Below, piece by piece: positions 36,356 to 48,105 of a stretch of DNA of 64,000 nucleotides. A program made the position numbers and the translations under genes. The notes below the pieces were generated by a model. That model worked only from the letters and a program-made list of their open reading frames with translations. It ran no database searches and was not told the DNA's origin. The stretch is from Flectonema sp. DT1601. Its lineage: Eukaryota. Numbering within the stretch: the first letter of the stretch is position 1; each line of letters starts with the position of its first letter. The DNA lies in NCBI GenBank assembly GCA_964019425.1, contig OZ025784.1:434001-498000 (forward strand), read 5' to 3'.

Positions 36356-36742
36356 TTAGTAGTTGTCTCTGGCGTACGGTCTTGGGTCACCTCCTCCTGG
36401 GGCAGTGACGTTGATCGCCTTCTCTCTTCCCATGTGGTCAGTCTCAACATCGAACTCAACATCCTGCTGCTCAGCAAGAGATCTGAATCCCTGTTTTTTT
36501 CATATAGTTTGTTGTTGTTATAGCCTTCATTTGATCAACGGAGCGTTACGCTAGAGTGAAGTATACTTGACTCGCACATCCTCACTCACAGCAAGACATA
36601 CCTGCATCTTAACAGCAGTCTGGTGAACGAAAACCTCACCATCGTTGTCCGAACGCTGAATGAATCCAAATCCCTTGTTGTCGAGCCATCTGACAACCTT
36701 TCCGGTGTTGGTACCGAGGGTGAATCTAGTAAGACGGAACAT
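36356..36742 (-). CDS. Cold-shock-domain protein copy 3; intron 36491-36601, type A
   Basis: As copy 1; HQTAVK variant. Confidence 0.92.
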
Positions 36743-38536
36743 TGTTATAAAGGACTAAGAATATCTGGAGAGGATATTAATAATTAATTTAAAACGTCTT
36801 GCTTACAACATTGAGGAAATTAACCAGTAAGGTCAAAAAAACCAGACTACCTCAAAAACAGTACTTGGTTGAAGTGATTTTACTCACAAGAAGAGAAAAG
36901 GAAGAAAGAACAGAAGACATACAACAATTCTTATTCAAAATAAGTTCATAAGGGAAAGGTGAATAAAAAAAGGGGGGTGGGGGGAAAAGAGAGTGAGTGA
37001 GAGATTTAATTTTGCTGTTGTTGTGCCATTTCCTTTCCCCTTTGAGACAATTATTAAGTCCCTCAAACCACACAAACTCACATCAACAGAATACCTAACC
37101 GTGAAGACTTCAACCATACGATATCTTTATGAATAAGGCTAGGGATGCACAACGATAAGTCAAACTCAACTAACATTACGCGCTTTAAATAAGATCGTTA
37201 GCATTGCAACAGAAAACACAAATGCGATCCCCGAAAAAGATATTTTGTTTATCAGTCTCTTGACATGATGTTTCTCAGTAGTAAATCAGAGTCTTTCCTT
37301 TCGAGCACCGTTTCAAACCAGACGTAGGGAATTCACAAAAGGTGATCCCTAGAAGTACAAGCTTCAGTCTAAAACATAAAACTAAAAAAGAAACCTGAAT
37401 AGAGATGTTGCATATGTTCAAAAAAAATAGAATATCCATAATAAATTAGCTATCCGTTAGTACAAAAGCTGTTGCCAAAATTCAAAACGGAAAAAAACAA
37501 CTAAAAAAAAAAACAAAAAAAAAAAAACAGTCATCTTTATAACAAAGAACAAGAACTTACAAAACACAGTAGTTTCATAATAAGAAATACCAGCCTATCA
37601 ATGATTGAAGTAGTAAATATGACAATGAAAACAGCGTGAAATACAAGTCCCTTGTTTTTGGCCTTCACCAGTAAAGACTACATTATAAATCGAGTAGTAA
37701 AGTAGTTATTTGAATAATCATATCAATCAAATAATCGTAAAGACAACAAACAGATAATGACTTGGGTTGGGGTTGGGTTGGGTTTCAGTCCCTTAAAGCA
37801 ATGAATATTTCTTCGGACCATTCCCCTTACCCGACCCTTTTCAGTGAAGCCTATTCATAGCGTTTGCCTAAATTAGGATATTGATGGAAAGTACAGTCAT
37901 TCTTCCTAACCTATCCAGGTAATTGATTAGACTGTAATATAGTAGAGAGAAAGGTAAAAATCCTTCGGAGGGAAAAAAAAAAAAACCAATTCCCAAACAA
38001 GCACAAAGATTACAAAATACACACGAAACCGAGTAAACGGTTACTACGCTCAAAAAAAGAAATAATTAAAAAAAAAAAAAAAAAAAAAAAAACGATAATC
38101 CGTATGAACCGCATAAAAATATTTCAAAAACGAAAAAAGAATATCAAAATTGGTATGCAAAAATAAGATGTTTTTTTTTTTTTTTTTCGGCCTGAATTTC
38201 AAAGAAAGATATTCTCACCTTTCTGTGAACTAAACTCATGCTGTAGATAATGCAAAGACGGGTGTCTGCTTATTAAGTTCAAGAAAAAAAACCAACAACA
38301 CTTTTCCCCCACATAACACAATACATCAAGTCCTCTCCGCAGGTTAACTGTGGAAAACTCAACACAGATTTACTATGTATGTGTGTTGTGTTGTATGATT
38401 ATTTATTTATTTTTAATATGTTTCCCCCCCCCCCCTCAATTCAAAACATTTAACCACAGCGTTTGGTGCCACAGCTAATGATTTTAAAAAAAAATAAGAA
38501 AAGGAAATAAAATACATATCGGATTCTTTTCTAATA

Positions 38537-38575
<39 letters not shown>

Positions 38576-38897
38576 TACCGAACGCAAAAAAAACAAATAA
38601 AAACAAAAAAAGTGTAAGTAAGAAAAAAAAAAGTAGTTGGGCACCAAAAAACTGACAGGAGCAAAATAATTTAAATTAAGAAAACAAAATAGATCGCAAT
38701 AATGATTTGAAATACTTAAACAGGTTGCCCTGCTTTTTTTTTTTTTTTTTTTCTTGATGTACATGCGTAAAATTAGTCTTGCCAGAAGCGGGAATACTTT
38801 TGTATTGTTCTCTGAAGACTTGACTGTAACCTTTTAGAAAGATATAGTCTTTATGGGATAAATTATCACACATGCACGCCTTCTTAGCAAACTAACT

Positions 38898-38932
<35 letters not shown>

Positions 38933-40408
38933 CTTAAAAACAGAAAGATAACGAAAGGCAAAACATTGCATCATCGAAAATTGATTCGCTGCTACACATT
39001 TTATTTATCTACTAATCCTGGGGAGCCAAAAAAAAAAACCAGAAAAAGCTCAACATAAAATAAAAAAAAAACAAAAAAAAAAAGGAAAGGAAAAAACTAC
39101 AGTCGCAAACACCACAAGGATCGTTGGAAGAAAGATTGAAAGAAAAAAAAGTCTTTGTTGTAATCAACTTGTCAATCAAAAGAAAAAAGAAATTTTTAAG
39201 GAGAATTCGAAGGATAATAAAAAAAAAGGAAGGAAACCAACAGGGCAGACATGAAGAACAAAAAACAGAATTAGAGCGTCGGATTTATCGTCGACATGAT
39301 TCCTTCTAACATCGAAGCAGCTGTGAATTTGGAAACGACAATTTTTCTATTCCCTTCCTCAAACAACCCTATAAAGTCTTTGTTTTGTTTATATTTGTTG
39401 GTGGTGGCAACTTTGAACAAGAACCGATATTCTCAGACGACGTCAGACTGCCGCACACAATTACCCAAGAAGAACTGGTTAGAGTTAGTCGATGTTTCAC
39501 AAAGTATTCAGAAACGGAAAACGTAAAAAAAAACCAAAAAAAAAAAGAGAGCAGTTCAGCCTTCGATTCCATTCATTACCACAAACACTAGAGGGCAGTG
39601 ATGCTAGGAGTTAGTACCTGAAATCTTTCGAATGCCAGGGAAAGATATAAGTTTTGCGGGTTTGCGGTCTTCACAACTGTGAAAAAGAATATCACCAGAA
39701 CGTGAGACATCTCAGCAAAGAATGGTTTTTGCTAAAGATTATTTTGGTTTTGTGAGAGCTGAGTGTGCATTCCACCTCAAAAACCTAAAGCCATTATAAG
39801 GTACCTTTTATGCTAAAAAAAGAGTAGCTTGGCATTGCTTTTCTCATATTTTGTAATTAATAATTACCTGAATCACAACTCGCAGCAACTATTACTTGTT
39901 TGCACAAAGTAAAAAAAAGGACTGAGCAAAAAAACAAACAAACAAAAACGCAATAAAAATATTAGATTCCCTGAAAAATTGGATGAAACAGAAAAAAAAA
40001 AACTGAACTTAACTATTTTTTTTTGAATCATCACTCGTATCTCTGTTAATTACAATGTACCGCAAAAGAGAAAAATATTCCCGTCAGGGAAACACTCTTG
40101 CGAACAACAGGAAGAGTACATCTCTTTTTTTTTTTCCTATTATACGGTATGAATAATAAACTGAGAGGCACTCGCTAAAGTAGGAAGGGAGGAAGTTAAT
40201 TTGCAAAAAAAAGGTTGAAAGAAATTTGGAAAAAAAGAACGAAAAACAAAAAAAACATAATAAAAAACTAGTACAAAGGTTACCAAGTTTTATATTGAAG
40301 CAGGGATAGCAAAACTACTGTTCTTTCTGTTATTCGCATCTCGCCGTCTGATGCCTTTTTGTTGTTTTTTTTACTCAAACTTTTAAATGAGTGAGCAGAG
40401 TGAAATCT

Positions 40409-43400
40409 TTACAGCTGTACGAAGCTGCTATCAGCTGTTAAAGATTGCGTTAGTTCTTGTGGAAAATCTGAAATTGGTTTTAAAATGTTAAAATTCACAG
40501 AATTTCTTGTCACTAAAGGATCCAAACCGTCACTTCCGTTACTAAAGTCAACATCAGCAGGTGTCGGGAAATCAGTTGTTTTGAGAGGTTCCAATTGTTT
40601 CTGTTGATCTTCAACTTGACTATCGAGTAACCAATCACCGTCATTCAGATCTTCCGGCTCTAATAGTTGGTTGAATTTAGGAGCGTTACTAAAATATTTA
40701 AGCTCCGCGTGAGGCTGAATTAGAATTTCTTGAACGTGGTATCCACTCTTGCCAGTAAATAAGATGGAAAATGAAGGACCATCAGTTGGAAAATCCGCAA
40801 CATCGACTTTAACCCCAGCTCCGTGAGTTTTAATGAAGAAATCATCGCTTATTAATACTTCATCACGAGATAGAAATTGAAACATGCCTCTAAAGAATCC
40901 GGGAACCGCCTTACCAGATAATTGATACACCCTTACTGAAGCAATGTCTATTGAAGGGATGTCGATGTAGTCGCCTACAACAGCTCCAGGAAATCGACTT
41001 GACTCTTTGACTGTTGAGCTGTCGACTAACAAACCAAGTAGTTTTCTTGGTAATTTTTGTGGAAAATATGTAGGTTGACAAAAGAAGTCTTCTGGTGGTT
41101 TTACCCATAAATATTTTCTTCTAAAAAAGAAATTATAAATTGGATGACGAAGTGAAAACAAAGCAATCAGCAATCCAAGCATACCAGTGACCGTACCATA
41201 ATCTTCAATCCATTTAAGCAGCTGATCCATGAAGGACATGCTTACGCTAATTCTGATACTAACACGCAATGTTCCTTCATGACCGTCGCTTATTAAGAAT
41301 TGAGGTGTGTATGAGCCTTCATCTTCAGGTTCTGGACTTCCTTGAATAACACCGTTGTTTAACTTCATCCATGATATGGGAGATTCACTGTCATCAGTCA
41401 CGATGATGTCATCACCGTCTGGATCAGACAAGTGTGATGAAATATTTACAAATAGAGAACTTCCTGATCTTAAACTAATAGCGTCAATTGTTGTTAACTG
41501 AATTGGATTGCTATTTGATAAAATATTAATATCAATAGAAACCTCCGTCGTGTTAAAACTATCTGATACTAATAAAGTTATTGAAAATGTACCATTCACA
41601 TCACCAGGTTGAACCCTCAATAATTGCAATTCTTCTGAATAATGCATCCAATCTTCTTGACCTTCCATTTTATATGATATAGGGTCAGACTCAGGATCTA
41701 TAAAATCGATATTTAAAGGATACCTGCAGGAGTGTTTGCTTATACAAGTGTAGTTTAAACTGTCAATAAGGTTTCGTGGTAGTGGTGCTATGTTTGGATG
41801 TATAGTTATGTATAGGATTATCGATCGTTGTTTGTATCCATCAGATCCAATAATCTCAACAGCGTACTCTTTACTGCGTGATGAATCTGATAGACTGGCT
41901 GTTCCAAAAAGTTTTTGTTTTTCAGTATCAAATGAGAGCCAATCTGCATTCGTTGTATTCGCTTTTACAATAACCACATCACCATCAGGATCTCTAAAGA
42001 GAGTTGGTAAAGGATAATTTAAAACAAATTTATCTCTCACGGCAGTTTTTAAAGTTTTATTTCCATATAATTCCGGAGCCCTATTCTCTTTGAAGTACGT
42101 CGGAGGGACTTCTTCTTCTAAATCAAAATTTATGTCATCTCTTAACGCAACTAAGAAATTAGATTGACTTGTATTGCCATTTGGTGAATATCGAACCCTT
42201 CTAAGCATGCTGTTAACACCAACAGAGCTTCCCATGCATTCAATTGAGTTAGTTGGATAACTACAAAACAGACCTGGAAACGTTTCCGGAACAAATTCAA
42301 CTGAAGATCCACTACCAGGATAACTAACATAAGTAATAAATATTCTTATAGTTGGAGCTGGGCTTGTTATCGATGCATACGGTGGTGTTGTATCATTGTG
42401 TCTCACTATGAACAAACTTCTTTCAACAGGAATTCTTAAAATATGAACATCATCATTAGTGTACGAAGAAAGTTCAATCTGCAACGATACGTAGACTCGT
42501 AGTATTAGATTAGTTCCGGTGTACTCCTTCGGAGCGCTGAATTGAAAAACGTTAGGGCTCATTTCCTGAACCCAAAAAGGTAAATCACGAGATTTCTGTG
42601 GAAGGAATCGAGTGACTTCCTCAACTCTAACCACGGTAACTTTACATCTGGATAAGAACAGAGAATTCATTGAGAAACATGCACTTCCAAATCGAAGTTG
42701 TTTTGCTTCACCAACAGTAAGACTTGGACTTGTGTCAGATTTGTTCTCACCATTGTGATAATACGTTAATACTGGTTGAGAATATGCGACCCCTTCAACA
42801 GAAGTAGCATCCTTTCCAATCGAGATATACCCTCCCCAGTATCCAGGTTTTTCAGGCAACATTGCTAATGCTGGTGATGGATAACTGTTTACAGTGTAGG
42901 CTTCATAGGGACCAGTTGAAGCTGGAACAGGAACCATGATATCTGTGATGTCGTACATTTCTATTTTCCCAATATCATTGAATACTATTAGTGTATTCCC
43001 AACAGACATAATCTTCCAACAAGATTGATATAATCCTTCAGGAAATATCTTTGATAGAGACCCTGGTCTGTAGTGATATCCAATAAGAGAATCATATCCA
43101 CATCCGAATATATATTCTTCACCGTCTCTAACAATTGTTAAAGCATCTGCGAAAGTATATCTAATCGGAGTGTATTCACCTGTTACTAAGTGTACTATTC
43201 CTAGTTGAGTAGAATCAGATTTTATGTAAGCAGGATATAGTTTTAATGGTTCTACAAAGGTTGATCCAAAGCCAACAACAGGAGATGCTCGTTCCCTACT
43301 AACGGTTACCTTACCAGTGCTTAGCCCACGAGTTGTTATGAAGTTTCCTTCATGGATTGGGTTAATATTATCCACACAAACAGTAACATCATCTATAACG

Positions 43401-45925
43401 TGAGGCATGCAATACGAATGTCCTGAACAAGTTGCATATTTTCTCACACCACTTCCAATACCTCTGAAATCCATTCGTATGGTTGTCGGACACCATCCAG
43501 AAATGATCTCCGGAAATGGCAGAATCGACTTTTCTACAATAACTCTGTCAGCATCACCACCAAGTACAGATGACCCAACTCTATGTAGAATCATATAATT
43601 ATCATCAGTTAGAGAGACTCCTATAATTCCTCCTTTATCAGTTGGGAATACGGATACTAGATTAGTATTATTGCTGTGTACCTCTAGTCTGACGGCTAAG
43701 CTGCAAGCACGTACAGCGATTCTAACATCTCCGTGTGGACCTGGACCAAGACTGCTACCTGTACACATGTCTCCAATTAATATAAAAACACCATTTGTCA
43801 TTGGATCTCTGCTAGCGAATCTGGTTGGAGGTCCCATTGATGGATAGGCTGCACTGAAATTTAATGAAAGAGAAAGAGATCCCATTGAATCTCTGCGGAA
43901 TATATTTACTTGGGTTGAAGTGTATCGGCTTTCAATTTCACCGAACAATCGTAAATGGTCGATTCCAAAGACTCCCATGTACCTAAAAACCACGTCAATG
44001 TTTGTTGGTGATACAACGTCACATTTTTGAGAAAGATGATATAAATAATAATCTGATGTTACTAACGATCCTGACGCGTAGTGTATCGAGTTTGTACCAG
44101 TTCTGACAAATCTCATTACTGAACCCATTTTGTGAGGTCCTACCTCTTCAGTGATGAATGCGTATCCACCATCTTCGTATCTCTTATCAGAATTACTACA
44201 TAAAACTACCCGTTGTGTAGCTGTAACGGTAATGCCATACATTGGTAAATACTTCTTTTTAATGTTCTGAGGATCAGATAAGTTGTACATAAATAAACTA
44301 TCACTGTTTATGACGTAAAGTGTTTCATCTATTCCGCTTACTCCATTACCAGCAGGGACAGACATCAAAGCTACTTGAGTTATGGTATCGGTTTGTTGTC
44401 TGAATATTATTACTGCACCACGACCATGAGTTATCGTTATCAGTGTATCTCCAAATACATTGTCAGTTCGACTTATAAAATGCATTGTCGCAATTGAAGC
44501 TGCCGCCCGACTTATAAAATTCCCAGCACTAGACATATTGAAATCGTTTGATGAAAGTGATATCCCGGTACTCAAATCAACAGAATACAACTTACCGGTC
44601 CATTCTCCTTCCCACTGCTTTGAAAATGCTTCTTCTGGTTCATAGATTCCAACATCAATAAAAGCTCTCTCTGAATAAATAAACAATCCCATTTGAGTAG
44701 ATGAGTTCACAGTGTGGATAGAACAGTTAAAAGATACGTCTGTGAAAAGAGTTGTCGAAGGTGTTTTTATAGCGACTGAGCAGATTCCAGATGTGTTACT
44801 GTATAGTAAAGAGTAGACCTCACTGTTGTGAAGGGTTCCAATCTCTGGGTCAACTAGAGTTTTGTTGGTTGTTCCGAATTGTATAAAACTGCCGTCAGTT
44901 GCAAGAAGTGGAATTGAATCAAGAAACTGTGTAGTTCGATCCTCGGCGAAACACTCTCTATTGTTCATATTCGGGTCTTTCCATAAATTTGTTATCGGAT
45001 ACGTTCCATACGCAAAAACTCCAACATCCGAACAAATATACAATCGTCCTCCAAAAGCCATACCAATTACTGTGTAATCTCCCGGTGGAAGTTGAATTTG
45101 ACGGACATGAATAGGATTTTTATTGACTGATATGTCAAACAAATGAAGAAACGCCCTATCATCAATAATCCATAACTGATTACCTTCCGCATAGATACCT
45201 TGAACAGAACTTCCATCGGGTATAACTATGTTTTTTATCATCATCTCTGAAGGCGACGACATCATTAAACAACTACAATAAACAGTGCTCCCAACACTGA
45301 CTATTCTGGGTTGAGGTGGTATTGAATTACAAACATCAATTTCGGAATACACTGTTGATAATGATCCATCAGCATTTGATAATTTTATTTCTCTGATATA
45401 AGTCCCAATCATGTAGTACAAAACTCCTTCAGATATGGTTATATCAAAAACAGTACTGTGAACACCTGCTGACGGTGGAGTATAAAATGATGAAACGCCA
45501 GTTAATTGATTCCAAATAATTATTTTATCAGTACATGCGCCATAAATGTAATCTCCATATGAGACAAGTCTATTACATGTGTTGGTTCCAGTTGGAATAT
45601 CAAACAAAACTTCTAAGTCATCAGTCTGTTGGTATTTCGTTATATTATCGCCAACAGTGAAGAGAAACCCATCAGACGTTACTGTGGTTGCTGTAAGTCC
45701 GGGTTGTGGTCTGATACCACCTCCCTGAATACCCAAATTCTGTCTCGTCGCTTCAATTTTTCGAATATCTAACGAAACAATAGCAGTACTGTGTAATGTA
45801 TAGATCAAGTCATTAGTTGGATCAACAGCCAATCCAAACAAACCTCCCTGTGAATAAAAACCGTGGAGGAAACTAACATCAGTGACTGCCACAGCCAACA
45901 GCTGTATAGTTGTTATCCACAACAT
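40409..45925 (-). CDS. 1838-aa type I membrane protein: signal peptide, beta-propeller-like region, dystroglycan-type cadherin-like (CADG/He_PIG-like) repeats, TM helix, cytoplasmic tail
   Basis: Hydrophobic N-terminus; three repeats FRDPDGD..DWLSFD..LFGT, FIDPESD..DWMHY and LSDPDGD..SWMKL..IQGSP; TM GTVTGMLGLLIALFSL followed by basic residues. Confidence 0.85.
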   Translation of the reverse strand: MLWITTIQLLAVAVTDVSFLHGFYSQGGLFGLAVDPTNDLIYTLHSTAIVSLDIRKIEATRQNLGIQGGGIRPQPGLTATTVTSDGFLFTVGDNITKYQQTDDLEVLFDIPTGTNTCNRLVSYGDYIYGACTDKIIIWNQLTGVSSFYTPPSAGVHSTVFDITISEGVLYYMIGTYIREIKLSNADGSLSTVYSEIDVCNSIPPQPRIVSVGSTVYCSCLMMSSPSEMMIKNIVIPDGSSVQGIYAEGNQLWIIDDRAFLHLFDISVNKNPIHVRQIQLPPGDYTVIGMAFGGRLYICSDVGVFAYGTYPITNLWKDPNMNNRECFAEDRTTQFLDSIPLLATDGSFIQFGTTNKTLVDPEIGTLHNSEVYSLLYSNTSGICSVAIKTPSTTLFTDVSFNCSIHTVNSSTQMGLFIYSERAFIDVGIYEPEEAFSKQWEGEWTGKLYSVDLSTGISLSSNDFNMSSAGNFISRAAASIATMHFISRTDNVFGDTLITITHGRGAVIIFRQQTDTITQVALMSVPAGNGVSGIDETLYVINSDSLFMYNLSDPQNIKKKYLPMYGITVTATQRVVLCSNSDKRYEDGGYAFITEEVGPHKMGSVMRFVRTGTNSIHYASGSLVTSDYYLYHLSQKCDVVSPTNIDVVFRYMGVFGIDHLRLFGEIESRYTSTQVNIFRRDSMGSLSLSLNFSAAYPSMGPPTRFASRDPMTNGVFILIGDMCTGSSLGPGPHGDVRIAVRACSLAVRLEVHSNNTNLVSVFPTDKGGIIGVSLTDDNYMILHRVGSSVLGGDADRVIVEKSILPFPEIISGWCPTTIRMDFRGIGSGVRKYATCSGHSYCMPHVIDDVTVCVDNINPIHEGNFITTRGLSTGKVTVSRERASPVVGFGSTFVEPLKLYPAYIKSDSTQLGIVHLVTGEYTPIRYTFADALTIVRDGEEYIFGCGYDSLIGYHYRPGSLSKIFPEGLYQSCWKIMSVGNTLIVFNDIGKIEMYDITDIMVPVPASTGPYEAYTVNSYPSPALAMLPEKPGYWGGYISIGKDATSVEGVAYSQPVLTYYHNGENKSDTSPSLTVGEAKQLRFGSACFSMNSLFLSRCKVTVVRVEEVTRFLPQKSRDLPFWVQEMSPNVFQFSAPKEYTGTNLILRVYVSLQIELSSYTNDDVHILRIPVERSLFIVRHNDTTPPYASITSPAPTIRIFITYVSYPGSGSSVEFVPETFPGLFCSYPTNSIECMGSSVGVNSMLRRVRYSPNGNTSQSNFLVALRDDINFDLEEEVPPTYFKENRAPELYGNKTLKTAVRDKFVLNYPLPTLFRDPDGDVVIVKANTTNADWLSFDTEKQKLFGTASLSDSSRSKEYAVEIIGSDGYKQRSIILYITIHPNIAPLPRNLIDSLNYTCISKHSCRYPLNIDFIDPESDPISYKMEGQEDWMHYSEELQLLRVQPGDVNGTFSITLLVSDSFNTTEVSIDINILSNSNPIQLTTIDAISLRSGSSLFVNISSHLSDPDGDDIIVTDDSESPISWMKLNNGVIQGSPEPEDEGSYTPQFLISDGHEGTLRVSIRISVSMSFMDQLLKWIEDYGTVTGMLGLLIALFSLRHPIYNFFFRRKYLWVKPPEDFFCQPTYFPQKLPRKLLGLLVDSSTVKESSRFPGAVVGDYIDIPSIDIASVRVYQLSGKAVPGFFRGMFQFLSRDEVLISDDFFIKTHGAGVKVDVADFPTDGPSFSILFTGKSGYHVQEILIQPHAELKYFSNAPKFNQLLEPEDLNDGDWLLDSQVEDQQKQLEPLKTTDFPTPADVDFSNGSDGLDPLVTRNSVNFNILKPISDFPQELTQSLTADSSFVQL

Positions 45926-46317
45926 TAAATCATTTACTGTGTGTCTGAGAGTGATGGTTTGACATTAATAAGAATTATTTTAATAAGGAAAACATAAACA
46001 TTAAACTCATAGAGTGAACCTAGTGAGATAGAATTATTATTATAAAAAAAGTAAGAATATAATAATCGTTGTGTTTTGATTTCATTTAATTATTTGCACG
46101 CATCTCAGCAGAGATTACAGATTACAAAAGAAAAAATAAAAATTTAAAAAAAAAATTCCCCTAAATATTGATTCTACGGACACTCAAAAATATAAAATAA
46201 AATAATTTAACAATTGCAAACAATGTTTTGTTAAAGTAATAATAATCAGATTTTTACTACCGGGAGGGTTTCATAAAGATTCCTCTTATAAAAATTTACT
46301 TTCCATAGGCCATAAAT

Positions 46318-46685
46318 TTAGTAGTTGTCTCTGGCGTACGGTCTTGGGTCACCTCCTCCTGGGGCAGTGACGTTGATCGCCTTCTCTCTTCCCATGTGGT
46401 CAGACTCAACATCGAACTCAACATCCTGCTGCTCAGCAAGAGATCTGAATCCCTGTTTTTTTTGATTTTGTATTGAAAGCATTCCGACTTCACTCATCCT
46501 CAAAAAGAAGTATTATTATTCACAAAAAGAAAAGACTAACACACCTGCATCTTAATAGCAGTCTGGTGAACGAAAACCTCACCATCGTTGTCCGAACGCT
46601 GAATGAATCCAAATCCCTTGTTGTCGAGCCATCTGACAACCTTTCCGGTGTTGGTACCGAGGGTGAATCTAGTAAGACGGAACAT
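46318..46685 (-). CDS. Cold-shock-domain protein copy 4; intron 46453-46544, type B
   Basis: Exons and intron essentially identical to copy 2. Confidence 0.92.
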
Positions 46686-47302
46686 TGTTATAAAGGACTA
46701 AGAATATCTGAAAAGAGAAAATATTTTTAAAAAAAAAAAAAAACAAGCTGAAATATTTTTTTTGACCCGACTCATCAGAGTAATCAAGGTATGGTGATGT
46801 ATCGCTAAATTTTTTTTTTTTTGATAACAACAAAAAAAATAGGTTATTGGAATACAATTAAAAACAGAACAAGAGGAATACCGCGCAATGACGGAAAGCT
46901 CTAAGTTGTACATTCTTCAATTGGCTGATATAAGATTCCGATTCACATCTGATGCAAGTGAAACAATCTCAATCAATGTCAACTAAGTAAGCCAAGAGCC
47001 AAGTTGGGCAGGGAAAAAACAGAAAGAAAAACAGAGAGGGAAAAAAAAAAGATTTTGATCACTTTTTCTTCCAGAAGAGCTTACTCAATTGTTCCGATGA
47101 ATAATTACTTTTCCACTATTTGCTTTAATTTATTTAGTCGCGATTATTTTTTTTTTTCACGCAGGTAAAGGCCTACGGCCTTAGTGCGTTTACGCAGGCT
47201 TCTTTAAATGATTTTACAACAGGGCGTTGTAATAGAAAAATGCTCAACTGTTTTCATTTGGTACTAAGCAATGCGAGGCACTACTACGAAGTAATTAATT
47301 GC

Positions 47303-47687
47303 TTAGTAGTTGTCTCTGGCGTACGGTCTTGGGTCACCTCCTCCTGGGGCAGTGACGTTGATCGCCTTCTCTCTTCCCATGTGGTCAGTCTCAACATCGA
47401 ACTCAACATCCTGCTGCTCAGCAAGAGATCTGAATCCCTGTTTTTTTGATTTAGTTTGTTGACTTTGTAGTCCTCATTTAATCAATGGGGAATTACGTGA
47501 GTGAAAAATACTTGACTCGCACATCCTCACTCACAGCAAGACATACCTGCATCTTAATAGCAGACTGGTGAACGAAAACCTCACCATCGTTGTCCGAACG
47601 CTGAATGAATCCAAATCCCTTGTTGTCGAGCCATCTGACAACCTTTCCGGTGTTGGTACCGAGGGTGAATCTAGTAAGACGGAACAT
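47303..47687 (-). CDS. Cold-shock-domain protein copy 5; intron 47438-47546, diverged type A
   Basis: As copy 1; 109-bp intron. Confidence 0.92.
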
Positions 47688-48105
47688 TGTTATAAAGGGT
47701 GAAAAGATTTATCTGAAAAAAGAATAAAATAGTTAAATAAAAAAATGTTTCTTTTAAACAACAGCATTCCACAGAACAAGACAGCCCAATCAACAACAGT
47801 AATTTATGTCTGGAAAAGAAATTAACTATTTCATCTTATAAATCATAATTAAAATAAATTCCCATACAGAACCAGTTGTAACCTTACCAACACCCGTCGC
47901 CTCTTTTTCTTTGTAGTGTCAGCTCTACGAGCTGGGGGTGGAGTAAGACTCTCTGATTGATACTTCTTACCTGATAATCATTAGAATATATGCGACCAAT
48001 GGGCTTTCTGGTAAAGCTCTCCCAGCATCCCAACCGCTTAATGCTTCTTGTTTTACAGAAGAAAACACACTTTAAAATAGAGAGAAGGATAAAATACTAA
48101 ATTAA

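Noticed and set aside
46760..46780. Hammerhead ribozyme core CUGAUGAG (minus strand)
   Set aside because: No stem II followed by GAAA and no stems I/III.
47780..48010. RNase MRP RNA (AGAAAGCCCA...UGGGCU, CAGAGAG)
   Set aside because: The P4 candidate lacks the bulged U and conserved flanks, and the intervening sequence is unstructured and AT-rich.
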